Position numbers and translations under genes: made by a program
Assembly: GCA_963669175.1 (NCBI GenBank)
Contig: OY769902.1
Span: 576,001 to 640,000 of the forward strand
Direction: 5' to 3'
Source of the DNA: a bacterium
Lineage (GTDB): Bacteria > Electryoneota > Electryoneia > Electryoneales > Electryoneaceae
Length of the DNA: 64,000 bases
Shown here: piece after piece, positions 31,752 to 40,873 of the stretch
Numbering within the stretch: position 1 is the first letter of the stretch
Layout: each line of letters opens with the position of its first letter
Notes under the pieces: model-generated
The model's input: the letters and a program-made list of their open reading frames with translations, nothing else
Database searches by the model: none
What the model was told of the DNA's origin: nothing

Positions 31752-32510
31752 TTATGCTGCCAGCAAGTGACGCGTGACCTGGCGGTTGACGTTGTCTGCG
31801 TGGTGGGTTTCCTGACGGGTCAGAACGTCGGTCAGGCCATTGTACAGACCCCAGACGTTGTCTTCCTCGATAGACATGAAAGCTTCCGCCTGAAGTGATT
31901 TCGGCAAGTTCAATGTGGTAAACGTGTTCTGGATGAAGGCACGGTCAACCGGGGTCTCGGTCATGCGCTTCATCGTGCGGGTGAGTGGTCCCAGGTTCTC
32001 CGCTACACTGTGCACACGATTGGAGGCAAGCTGTAGTTCTTCCACGAAGCCGTCATGGCCCCAGTGTTTGAACCGAAATCCGCCCAGCATGTAGTCGATC
32101 ATCAGACCGTTCTTACAGATCAGCCGCCGGGCGTTGAAGGACAGTCCGAACAGTGTGCTGGCATCGTACGAATTGATCACGTCCATAGTGACGTGTACCA
32201 GGTCACCGGGCCGGACTTCCATCTCCAGGTCGGGCAGCACCCACCGCTGACGATAGCGTTTGCCGTCGAAGATCATCCCGGCATCATCGAAGTACAGACC
32301 TGTACGGCCAAGAACGTCTAATGCAATGTTGCTGACATCCTCGTTGGTTACAAGCTGATATCCTGTAGAAACGACACCGACTTCCGTGTCGACACCGTTC
32401 TCCGCGATCATGACCGCGTTCCTGCTGGACGGGCTTCCATCCGGTGTGGTCAAAGGAACCAGCTTCACCGGGACGAAGGGATCACTGATATTTGTGTTGC
32501 GTCTGGGCAT
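31752..32510 (-). CDS. DUF932/DUF945 family protein (phage/plasmid/ICE-associated)
   Basis: 'GVVS.GYQLV.N', 'INSYDAS', 'RLICKNGL', 'WGLYNGLT'. Confidence 0.8.
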   Translation of the reverse strand: MPRRNTNISDPFVPVKLVPLTTPDGSPSSRNAVMIAENGVDTEVGVVSTGYQLVTNEDVSNIALDVLGRTGLYFDDAGMIFDGKRYRQRWVLPDLEMEVRPGDLVHVTMDVINSYDASTLFGLSFNARRLICKNGLMIDYMLGGFRFKHWGHDGFVEELQLASNRVHSVAENLGPLTRTMKRMTETPVDRAFIQNTFTTLNLPKSLQAEAFMSIEEDNVWGLYNGLTDVLTRQETHHADNVNRQVTRHLLAA

Positions 32511-32615
32511 GGTACTTCTCCTTTCTGAAGGAACAGAGTTCACCCGTGCATAGGGTTTGGTTTACCCTGCAAGGTCTATTGTGTTACGTGGTTCTTGCCG
32601 AAACTCGGTAGTGGA

Positions 32616-33317
32616 TCAGGCGGCGGTACCGATGATGGTAATCAGGTCTTCGGCCTGCTGTGGTGTAAGCTGGGAAATGTTGGCGTTGAAGTTGTCACGT
32701 GAGAGTTGGATAACACGCGCCTGTGGGATGCCAATGTCACGGGCCGCCTGGAATATCCGTGCAATCTGGTCGTTGCCAACACGATCCTTGCCTGCTCCAT
32801 GTAAACCACCGTTACCGTTCTGAGGATGTGCTGCATGGTTCTGGTGACCATTGCCACGCTGCTGATAACCTCCATTGCGCCGCTGACCGTTCTGGCCATG
32901 CGCGTTGCCGTTACCGTTTCCATTGCCGTTGTGACCGTTACCAGGCTGGTCTTGATACAAATACAACCCAATCCCGGCAAGGGTTGCGCACTTCTTCAGG
33001 GCATCGCTGGCTGCAGATTTCAGGTCATCCGCCAGGGAGATCATATCACCTGTGTCTTTATGCCTGGTAATCCGGCTGCCGCCAAACTGTTCGCGAACAG
33101 TATTGTTGATGGTAAGCCTGCAGCGGACAATGACTTCATCCTGCTCAAACTGGGTGTCTACAACATTGAATGACCAGCCGCCTTCCAGGGCTTCGTTCAG
33201 CCTGTGGATGACACTGTTGGCTTCCACGTACTCGAGCGTCTGCCCGAAGTTGCCACGCCGCGTTTTCACCTGTTCAGGGGCGAACGGCGCTGCGAGTTCA
33301 CTGATGGGGATGGACAT
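32616..33317 (-). CDS. Rad52/Rad22-family (Sak-like) single-strand annealing protein
   Basis: 'L.APF....VK.R.G..G..L.YVE...VI.RLNE...GWSF', 'LKSAASDALKKCA...GIGLYLY'; Asn/Gly-rich linker; AGGAGG RBS. Confidence 0.85.
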   Translation of the reverse strand: MSIPISELAAPFAPEQVKTRRGNFGQTLEYVEANSVIHRLNEALEGGWSFNVVDTQFEQDEVIVRCRLTINNTVREQFGGSRITRHKDTGDMISLADDLKSAASDALKKCATLAGIGLYLYQDQPGNGHNGNGNGNGNAHGQNGQRRNGGYQQRGNGHQNHAAHPQNGNGGLHGAGKDRVGNDQIARIFQAARDIGIPQARVIQLSRDNFNANISQLTPQQAEDLITIIGTAA

Positions 33318-33346
33318 GATGTACCTCCTGGTTTGTTGCCGGAAAA

Positions 33347-33393
33347 CACAACAAGATGTTGACAAGTTGTCGCGAAATCCGGCATATTCACAC
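33347..33393 (+). promoter_or_regulatory. sigma-70 promoter with palindromic operators for abiEi; probably leaderless transcript
   Basis: TTGACA (33359-64), 18 nt, CATATT (33383-88), ATG at 33394. Palindromes CAACA-AGA-TGTTG and GACAA-G-TTGTC overlap the -35. Confidence 0.55.
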
Positions 33394-34026
33394 ATGGATA
33401 CAACTTCACAAGAAAAGCGAGTTCTGGCGATGGTTGCCAAAAGGGGAATCCTTCGCGCACGCGAAGTGGTTGCAGAGGGTGTTGATGACAAGACCCTCCA
33501 TCGTATCCTTGCAAAGGGCCTCATCCAGCGTGTAGGTCGGGGGCTCTACATCTCGGCGGATGCAACACCATCTTCGAATGTTGCGCTGGCCGTAGTTGCG
33601 CGTCGTGTCGGGCACGGTGTTGTCTGCCTGCTAAGTGCGCTTTCATTCCACGGTATCACAACACAACTGCCGCGTGAGGTCTGGCTGGCTGTCAACTGGA
33701 AACCAACCATAGGCACAGATGAGTGGCCGCCGATTCGGACACTGCGTTTCTCCGGTGACGCTTTTACAGAGGGTGTTGAAGTGCACCAGGTTTACCCTGC
33801 GTCGGAAGAGAACGTAAGCAACAGTGTTGCTGTTCGCGTATACAGTCCTGCAAAGACAGTTGCTGACTGCTTCAAGTTCCGGGGAACGGTTGGGCTTGAT
33901 GTTGCCATTGAGGCGCTGCGCGATACACTTCAGCATCAGAAGGCAAGCCGAGATGAAATCTGGCAGTACGCGAAGCTCTGCCGCGTACACAATGTCATGC
34001 GCCCATACCTGGAGGCTACTGCATGA
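33394..34026 (+). CDS. abiEi: Type IV TA antitoxin AbiEi
   Basis: N-terminal wHTH 'RVGRGLY', 'VCLLSALSFHGITTQ.P', 'KTVADCFKFR..VGLDVA.EAL', 'VMRPYLE'. Confidence 0.88.
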   Translation: MDTTSQEKRVLAMVAKRGILRAREVVAEGVDDKTLHRILAKGLIQRVGRGLYISADATPSSNVALAVVARRVGHGVVCLLSALSFHGITTQLPREVWLAVNWKPTIGTDEWPPIRTLRFSGDAFTEGVEVHQVYPASEENVSNSVAVRVYSPAKTVADCFKFRGTVGLDVAIEALRDTLQHQKASRDEIWQYAKLCRVHNVMRPYLEATA

Positions 34027-34940
34027 TCACGTCTTCGCCTAAGAACGTGATCGCCTCTATCCGGCAACGACTGCTTAACCTCAGTCGTGAACGGGTAGAA
34101 AGTTTCGATCTTACGCTGAACCGCTATGCTTCCGAGCGGTTACTCTATCGTCTGAGCCTTTCAGATCACAGGGACAAGTTCATTCTTAAAGGAGCCCAGC
34201 TTTTTGCCATTTGGACTACAGAAATGTATCGCCCTACACGTGATATCGATTTACTCGGGTACGGTGAACCAACCCCAGAACACATGGAAGCTGTTTTCCG
34301 TACGCTGTGCGAGATGCCAGTTGAACATGATGATGGGCTTACGTTCGATGCCGACTCCATACAGGCGGCTGAGATTCGTGAGGACAACAGCTACGGTGGT
34401 ATTCGTGTCAGACTATCTACATGGCTCGGCGCTGCTTTAATACCTGTTCAGATTGATATTGGCTTCGGCGATATCCTGACACCTGGCCCACTTGAAACAG
34501 AATTTCCGGTGTTGCTGGGCCACCCAGCCCCTCAGATCAGGGTGTATCCCATTGAAACCGTCATAGCGGAGAAGGTCCAGGCCATGGTCAACCTTGGCAT
34601 AGCAAACAGTCGTATGAAGGACTTCTATGACGTGGCGCATATTGCAGGTCAGTTTACGTTCCAGGGGGCAACACTGGCAACGGCAGTTCAGGCAACATTC
34701 ACGAAGCGTGGCACTGTAATACCCTCAGGTCGCCCAGTCGCCCTGACTGCGGAGTTTGCTGAGGACAAGACGAAACAGCGCCAATGGAAAGCTTTCCTGC
34801 AACGGACGGGCTTGGATGCTTACAAGGACCTCACCAGCCTCATTGAATTCCTTTTTACGTTCACAGAGCCCGTGCTTGTTGCTGCTCGGCAAGGCGATTC
34901 GCTTCTAAAAACCTGGACGCCCGACAAAGGGTGGGAATAG
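34023..34940 (+). CDS. abiEii: Type IV TA toxin AbiEii (nucleotidyltransferase)
   Basis: 'ERLLYRLS', 'LKGA', 'RPTRDIDL', 'AEK...M......NSRMKDFYD'; ATGA overlap with abiEi. Confidence 0.9.
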   Translation: MITSSPKNVIASIRQRLLNLSRERVESFDLTLNRYASERLLYRLSLSDHRDKFILKGAQLFAIWTTEMYRPTRDIDLLGYGEPTPEHMEAVFRTLCEMPVEHDDGLTFDADSIQAAEIREDNSYGGIRVRLSTWLGAALIPVQIDIGFGDILTPGPLETEFPVLLGHPAPQIRVYPIETVIAEKVQAMVNLGIANSRMKDFYDVAHIAGQFTFQGATLATAVQATFTKRGTVIPSGRPVALTAEFAEDKTKQRQWKAFLQRTGLDAYKDLTSLIEFLFTFTEPVLVAARQGDSLLKTWTPDKGWE

Positions 34941-35337
34941 ACTGAACCTGGTAGCCCTGTTATACGAAGAGTCATGGTCTTCAGCTAATATACTGTCAGT
35001 TATATTTTGGCTGATTGATTCTTCAGGTTGGGGTAATTGTAACGCTGTCATCTCACACTGTATTAGATCGTCTCACTATTGCGTGATGACAAATCCATAA
35101 CTTACTAAATAACAACACTCGAAAATTTGATATTTACTCCTATCACCACAATATTAACAACTTTACTAGAAAGACTTAGATTCTTGTTGTCTTAACACAA
35201 TATTAGATAGGGAAACAGAGGACATCTACTCTTCCGCGCGTCAGCGCAAGTAGTCCGCATCCTGCCCGGCAGGCCCATGTACCTACCTAACAGTGTACTA
35301 TTTTCAGGGAAGATCAACTGCGGTTATGCAGGAAAAC

Positions 35338-37713
35338 TCAGCAGGTACTGGCAGTCAGCCAGTCAGGGGATGTCGGGGCAAGGTAAACGGTCCGGCCACG
35401 AAGCTGAATACGAGCCTGGAAACTCAGGTTCTCTGGGACGGCACTGTACAGCAAATGATCCTGAGGAACCTGTCCCAGGTAAAGCGTGTCCAGCCAGAAG
35501 GCGGCATTGGTTCCGCCATTGGGTCTGGTCGTTACTTTGACAATGTTATCCACTTGCCGAATTTGCGCCAGAACGTCCTCAGGTTTGCTAATCCCCTGGT
35601 TGAGGCTGCCTACCAGCGGGATTACTGCTTCCTGTAGCCAGAGAGGCTGTGGCGTGGATTTCCGTTGGGGTACAATGATAGACCTTATAGTGGACTGCTG
35701 TTCCAGCATAAGGTCTACCGTTTCCTGACTGAAGCAATGGAAAGCAGCGCTGCCGGTTGTCTCGGCACGACTGCCATGCACTACATGCCACATCGCAACA
35801 GCCCAGGCACGGCGGTTGTCGGTCTTGCTTCGATCCCACGCTTCCAGGAAACGGATAGGACCAGCCAGGTCATCTTCACTCGGCTCCGGGTTCTGCTGCA
35901 GGATGGATGCAATCCACTTGTTGTAGGTCATCGTAACCGCCTTCGTCTCTTCGACCAGGTCCAAGGCAGCGGGTTCCATCCAGATCGGGACCAATCCTTT
36001 AAAGTAAACCAGTGAAGAGGTCTGCATGGTGTCCGACTGCCAACGGGCCACCACACGATTGTAGTTGTGGACCAGAGGGAAATCCCGCTCAATCATCTCT
36101 GCTTTCCTGACAAACAGGTCACGGTCTGTCTTTGCTGCAGCGATGTAATCAGGCATCTGCAAATCCGGATCTTCAAGCAATGCCCTGTCAGCTTGCGTGT
36201 TCCATTTCAAACGCTGGACTTCGCACTGCAAACCTGCAGACAAGGCAGCCACTTTATCCAGCCTGCCAGCATGTACAGCGGCGGCGATCCCATAGGTCAG
36301 GGAACCAATCCTGTTGCCAAGTGCCTTGACAGCGACAAAAGGCAATGCCGCAAGGGGATCTTTCAGGCGCGTCTTTGGGGGTGTGTCCTTACGCTGGTAG
36401 TCCGGATACCATTCTGCCGAAGCAACAGCCTCAACCACACTATCCTGTGTATTAATAATATAATAGTCTCCATCAAAGTCACCATCAAGGATACTGGCAA
36501 GATCGTTGTTCAGGTAAACTGTGCCCTCGAGGGGATTGGCTACTGCTTCCGGTTCGTTCCAGACAGCCTGCAGACTCCAGGGATCACGAATTGGGTACCT
36601 TGACAAAATCACCGGGCCAGCAGGGAGATCTACAGCACAGATGACTCCATCAGGCAAATCTGCATAAGCACCCATACAGCCGGTCAATTCGAGCCCACCA
36701 CCAGTGGCAAGTCGGACGTATTCTCGCCTCATCAACTGCACAAGCTGACGATGCAGCCAGGGATGTTCCGGCCCCACACCGGCCTGCAGGAAAGCTTCTG
36801 CTTTGGTGCGAACATCGTTGAACTCATCCTCACGTGACACCAACCCAAGGAAACTCAGGGCGGCCTTACGATCAGTCAGAGCATCACGGATAACATCCAG
36901 CTTCTGTTCGGCCATCGGCCAGACTGCATCCAATACTGCCTGGTCAAACCACTCGGCAATACTGAACGAACTGCTGTAAGGGCGTGTAGTAGCCACATCC
37001 CTGACACCAAACCAGCAGGTCCACGGCTGGTTCTGTGGTGGTGTCCCTGCACCTTTAATCATGCTGTCCGGCAACAGGAAGTTCACCCCGTCATGCAAAT
37101 CGGCGGGCAACAGTGTACCCTTGGCAAGCCATCGTTGATCAGGACTGTCACTGACCAAACGCACCTGTAGCTGTCGTGCAGCCAACCCCAGCTTTTCAAC
37201 CAACGCCTTGGATATGAATCCCATGCCATCGCCAGTGCCAGCCTCACCTTCTGCAACAACATGGCCCTTGATACCATCCAGGCGGTGGATGCCGTGATGA
37301 CACCCGCTGAACAAGGTGCCGAGGTAGCTCAATGCTTCCTGGCTGCTGCGAAAGAAGGGGTGAATCAGCTTGCGGACCTCATCGGTCGCCAGCCAGAAGT
37401 GGCCTTTCTTGATTGAACTGGACCCACCGAGGATACGGAATCGTTTCCCGTCATGGTCCAGCCCTCCCCCCAGCAGGGCCTCACAGGCAGCGTACCAGCG
37501 GTCATCAGGGCCGTCCTCTGGATACTTCAGCTGGATCCGGACCAGGTTGAAAGGATCGATCATCCTTTCTATGATCGTATCCCTCAAGGGAATAGACGGC
37601 GCATGCTTCAACCGCGCTCCATTGTAGGTGTAACACGGAATCATCCTCTGATAAACCTCCTTTGCAAGTTGACGTACCTGTTCTTCTGTCTGCGCCGACA
37701 CTTCGATCTTCAT
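35338..37713 (-). CDS. Single-subunit two-barrel RNA polymerase, eukaryotic RdRP / YonO-like (~791 aa)
   Basis: Ordered motifs 'GKRFRILGGSSS.KKGHFW', 'GTLFS', 'GDGMGFIS', 'QVR...KGTL', 'DSMIKG', 'VILSRYP', catalytic 'DGDFDGD', 'IGSLT'; AGGAGG RBS before the ATG at 37713. Confidence 0.82.
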   Translation of the reverse strand: MKIEVSAQTEEQVRQLAKEVYQRMIPCYTYNGARLKHAPSIPLRDTIIERMIDPFNLVRIQLKYPEDGPDDRWYAACEALLGGGLDHDGKRFRILGGSSSIKKGHFWLATDEVRKLIHPFFRSSQEALSYLGTLFSGCHHGIHRLDGIKGHVVAEGEAGTGDGMGFISKALVEKLGLAARQLQVRLVSDSPDQRWLAKGTLLPADLHDGVNFLLPDSMIKGAGTPPQNQPWTCWFGVRDVATTRPYSSSFSIAEWFDQAVLDAVWPMAEQKLDVIRDALTDRKAALSFLGLVSREDEFNDVRTKAEAFLQAGVGPEHPWLHRQLVQLMRREYVRLATGGGLELTGCMGAYADLPDGVICAVDLPAGPVILSRYPIRDPWSLQAVWNEPEAVANPLEGTVYLNNDLASILDGDFDGDYYIINTQDSVVEAVASAEWYPDYQRKDTPPKTRLKDPLAALPFVAVKALGNRIGSLTYGIAAAVHAGRLDKVAALSAGLQCEVQRLKWNTQADRALLEDPDLQMPDYIAAAKTDRDLFVRKAEMIERDFPLVHNYNRVVARWQSDTMQTSSLVYFKGLVPIWMEPAALDLVEETKAVTMTYNKWIASILQQNPEPSEDDLAGPIRFLEAWDRSKTDNRRAWAVAMWHVVHGSRAETTGSAAFHCFSQETVDLMLEQQSTIRSIIVPQRKSTPQPLWLQEAVIPLVGSLNQGISKPEDVLAQIRQVDNIVKVTTRPNGGTNAAFWLDTLYLGQVPQDHLLYSAVPENLSFQARIQLRGRTVYLAPTSPDWLTASTC

Positions 37714-38010
37714 GATGAACCTCCTGTTGGTTGGTACTTCCATGCATGGAAAAGCCCACATCCCAGTCAAAGCTAAGGCTTTGTTTTTTATGGGGTGGGC
37801 GTGAAAACAGTTGTAAATATAACACTTATTCTCAATTGGTGACCACGAAATTTTGCTGATGTCCTCTCTATATGGATTTTGGTTAAAGCGATATATAGCT
37901 GGGTATACAATTCTGTGTACAAATCTTCTAGTGCGTGTGGAGTATATAGGTATGAGGGCTCAGAAGGGAGCACCTGATCAAACCTGACGAAACAGAAAGG
38001 GCAGGACACA

Positions 38011-38586
38011 ATGCATAAAGAATGTTCGTGCAACCGAATTATCAGATTCATGGTTGCCAGCAAATACGAGTTCAAGGATGGGGCTGTGCGCAAGCCGAAC
38101 GGAGAAAAGATGTATGTCCGGAAATCGGATAACCCCAAACGATACCATCACGTGCAGATAACATGCGAACACAAACGGTACACCATCCAACACTCTCGCC
38201 TTGTTTGTTGGCTGGCTAATATTGAACCACCGACGGAATACCACTTTGTGCATCACCGCAATGGGAACAGGCACGACGACAGTCCCGAAAACCTGGAGTG
38301 GATTAATCGGGCTGAAAATGCCAGGCTGGTTTCACCTGAAACCGCAGCTCAGCGTGTAAAAAACCTGCGTTCCCGTGCGGAAAAGGCAAGGCGGGCAAAG
38401 AGGAAGGCGCCAGTTTACTTACATGATACCCAGAAGGTGGAAATATGCCACAAGTACGAAAGCGGCCTATACACCATTAGAGAACTAGCTGAAGAGTACG
38501 GTCCCTCTTCAGGAACCATTAGCAGGACCGTTCGCAAGGGCTTTTCTTGTGAGGAAAAAGCCCTTGATCTCAAACAGGCTGCGTAA
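38011..38586 (+). CDS. HNH endonuclease with C-terminal helix-turn-helix
   Basis: 'HSRLVC...VHHRNGNRHDD..ENLEWI.R.EN' (HNH_3 type) and 'TIRELAEEYG.SSGTISRTVR'. Confidence 0.8.
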   Translation: MHKECSCNRIIRFMVASKYEFKDGAVRKPNGEKMYVRKSDNPKRYHHVQITCEHKRYTIQHSRLVCWLANIEPPTEYHFVHHRNGNRHDDSPENLEWINRAENARLVSPETAAQRVKNLRSRAEKARRAKRKAPVYLHDTQKVEICHKYESGLYTIRELAEEYGPSSGTISRTVRKGFSCEEKALDLKQAA

Positions 38587-38721
38587 CATAGCAACTCCGG
38601 GTTGATGCGAACCACCCGTCAACCCGGAGATGCTGAACTGCTTGACAGTAGATTTGTGTTCCCTCTTTGTAAATAGTGCCCTCAACGCAACGAAATACGA
38701 TAAACTCAGGAGACTTTAACC

Positions 38722-40449
38722 ATGCCAGAAATCCCTGGATATCCTGGTGGTAAAAAACCTAAAAGAGCTGGGAAAGCTGTGCGTCTCGACGCATCAGGTA
38801 TTACAGAAGCACAGCTTACACTATATAAATCGTGCTTCACGATGAATCGACGCTATGGGTTACACGTCGTTCGAGATACGTACCCAGGAGCAAAATGGAC
38901 CTCTGTAAATTGGCCGTTTCAGGAACGTGATATTTTGATGCATCTGACTCAGGAACACATCATAGGCTTGCGTTGGTCTAACTATGTAAAATGCGTGGCT
39001 ATCGATATTGATTGTCATTTCAGAACACAAGACTCATTTTTTGTATACCATCCAGGGAATGAAAGAATGGAAAGCATCATAAAAGCATTCGGAGGAGCTA
39101 AACCGCTTATAGTGCAATCATCAGATTCACAAGGTCTGCATTTATATTACTTTCTCGAGAAAGAAGTGCATATTCGCAACGTGGAATTCAGTATTGATCG
39201 TCTTTTCAATAACGCAGGAATTCAAATTCGTTCTGGTTGGATCGAACATGCTACAGGTACCACGAATAGGGCATTAAGACTGCCATTAGGCGAAGGAAGT
39301 CATATCTTACAGTATGAAGATCTTACCCCGGTAGGAAGATCTCTTGGACAGCAGCTTCAGTACCTTGAACACAGGCTTGAGGATTTTACCTACAGGTTTG
39401 AGGACCTTGTGAACACAATGCCGCGCAATTCAGTGTATACTGACTTGGATGATGATAGTGTGAACGGTAATAGTGGACAGACCCATAACAGTAGCCAGGC
39501 GGTTGTAGCACTCACGGATGCAGAAGGGAGGGTTTACCCAAGGGCGGATGATTCCTGTGAGTCAAGGCGGAAATGCGACATCTCGCATGATGATGAAGCC
39601 ATCACTGACAAGCCGCCCCTCTCTCGAGGCCGGAAATACTTCGCGCCTATCAAACTTAATAGAACAGATTATGTTTCTAAAAAAGAACACTCCTCAACTG
39701 CACCCGTTCAGGAACAATTCCAGACAGCTATGTACGCCCTCAAGAATGGCTTGGAAACAGAAGGAACCCGCCAGCATATTACACTGTGCATAGTGACGTA
39801 CACAATGCTCAAACTGGGATTTTCGAAACTGCAAGCCAAAAAGTTTATCAAGTCATGGATCCGTGACAAACACAATGGCAAGTCAAAGGATTGGAATGCC
39901 GGGCCGCGTAAACAGCAGGAAATCTTTGAGGACATTGAACGCCTTGTTGACAAGTGGAAACAGAGAGAAAGCACCGAGGTTTCTTCACTGACTTTAACTG
40001 CTGACGAAATACACAACATTCATAAACTTGACGCCACATTACAGGAAAAAGTGTGGATTGCAGAGTTTTACTCGAAAGTCAAACCTGCGATAAGACAAAA
40101 CCCGTCCGAGCCGCTTGAACTCACCCACTTTTGGTTCCAACGTATCTGGGAGTGCACAGCCGGGACAGCAACGAAAAGAATCAATACACTTATACGATTG
40201 GGAATTTTGGTGCTTGAAACAAACTACTCCGATAAAGCACATGGACGAATCTGGAAAGTGAACAACGTAACCACCGAGATCGGCCTTTACACAACATTCT
40301 GTGAAGGGCTGGATATTCTGTTTTCACGCGAGGAGTTGAAGCAGACATATTCGAAAGCCCAGCTAAGGCGACTCCGGGAACAGTTCACTTCTCCCCATGC
40401 AACAAAAACTGAACAAACTGACCCATTGTGGCAGGACAAAGCCGCCTAG
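38722..40449 (+). CDS. Archaeo-eukaryotic primase (AEP) superfamily primase-polymerase / replication protein
   Basis: Motif I 'AIDID', motif II 'SSDSQGLHLY', 'LRLPLG'; PriCT-like 'GTRQ' helical domain; C-terminal wHTH-like region. Confidence 0.75.
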   Translation: MPEIPGYPGGKKPKRAGKAVRLDASGITEAQLTLYKSCFTMNRRYGLHVVRDTYPGAKWTSVNWPFQERDILMHLTQEHIIGLRWSNYVKCVAIDIDCHFRTQDSFFVYHPGNERMESIIKAFGGAKPLIVQSSDSQGLHLYYFLEKEVHIRNVEFSIDRLFNNAGIQIRSGWIEHATGTTNRALRLPLGEGSHILQYEDLTPVGRSLGQQLQYLEHRLEDFTYRFEDLVNTMPRNSVYTDLDDDSVNGNSGQTHNSSQAVVALTDAEGRVYPRADDSCESRRKCDISHDDEAITDKPPLSRGRKYFAPIKLNRTDYVSKKEHSSTAPVQEQFQTAMYALKNGLETEGTRQHITLCIVTYTMLKLGFSKLQAKKFIKSWIRDKHNGKSKDWNAGPRKQQEIFEDIERLVDKWKQRESTEVSSLTLTADEIHNIHKLDATLQEKVWIAEFYSKVKPAIRQNPSEPLELTHFWFQRIWECTAGTATKRINTLIRLGILVLETNYSDKAHGRIWKVNNVTTEIGLYTTFCEGLDILFSREELKQTYSKAQLRRLREQFTSPHATKTEQTDPLWQDKAA

Positions 40450-40497
40450 AGCTGTTCAGAATCTTGACGTTAATGCAACTTTGCTGATCCTGATTGA

Positions 40498-40532
40498 GCC
40501 CGTGAACAGTCCAAAACTGTTCCGGGTTTTTC
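40498..40532 (+). terminator. Rho-independent terminator after the primase gene
   Basis: CCCG(T)GAACAGT-ccaaa-ACTGTTCCGGG followed by TTTTTT. Confidence 0.65.
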
Positions 40533-40873
40533 TATGGGTGGTAAGATGACAGCCAACCCTCACAATTAACCACCGTATTCCGTTTTAGAGAGGCGGTCGT
40601 TACCATGGAGCTCTTACCCACTGGGGTCAACCTGATCGTGGCTTAGAAGCGGATTCCGTGCACGGGTTCTTCACCCAGTTCGGGTAAGTTAGACAAATAC
40701 CGTTTTGGTCCACGATTGTTTGAATACCACTGTTTGGAGCAATACACATCCATATTGCAATTCATTGAAGGAAGAGGCCGATGGAAAGTATGGGGTAGCT
40801 CCGGTTTTATCCTCGAATGCTATAATATTGCCGCCAAATATTAATTATTATGCTTTATGACTTTGGAGGAAGA

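Noticed and set aside
33317-33324. Arm-site motif GTACATCA in the Rad52 RBS region (minus strand)
   Set aside because: Single short match; the same string precedes the host gene at about 59268, so it is probably chance SD-spacer context.
33052-33524. Long overlapping N-termini of the Rad52 and AbiEi ORFs
   Set aside because: RBS, promoter and homology place the starts at 33317 (-) and 33394 (+); the overlap is an ORF-caller artefact.
35338-37713. Reverse transcriptase, viral palm-type RdRP, PolB (pipolin) or host rpoC fragment
   Set aside because: No YxDD, GDD-palm or PolB motif context and no NADFDGD/rpoC flanks; surrounding motifs fit the QDE-1/YonO family.
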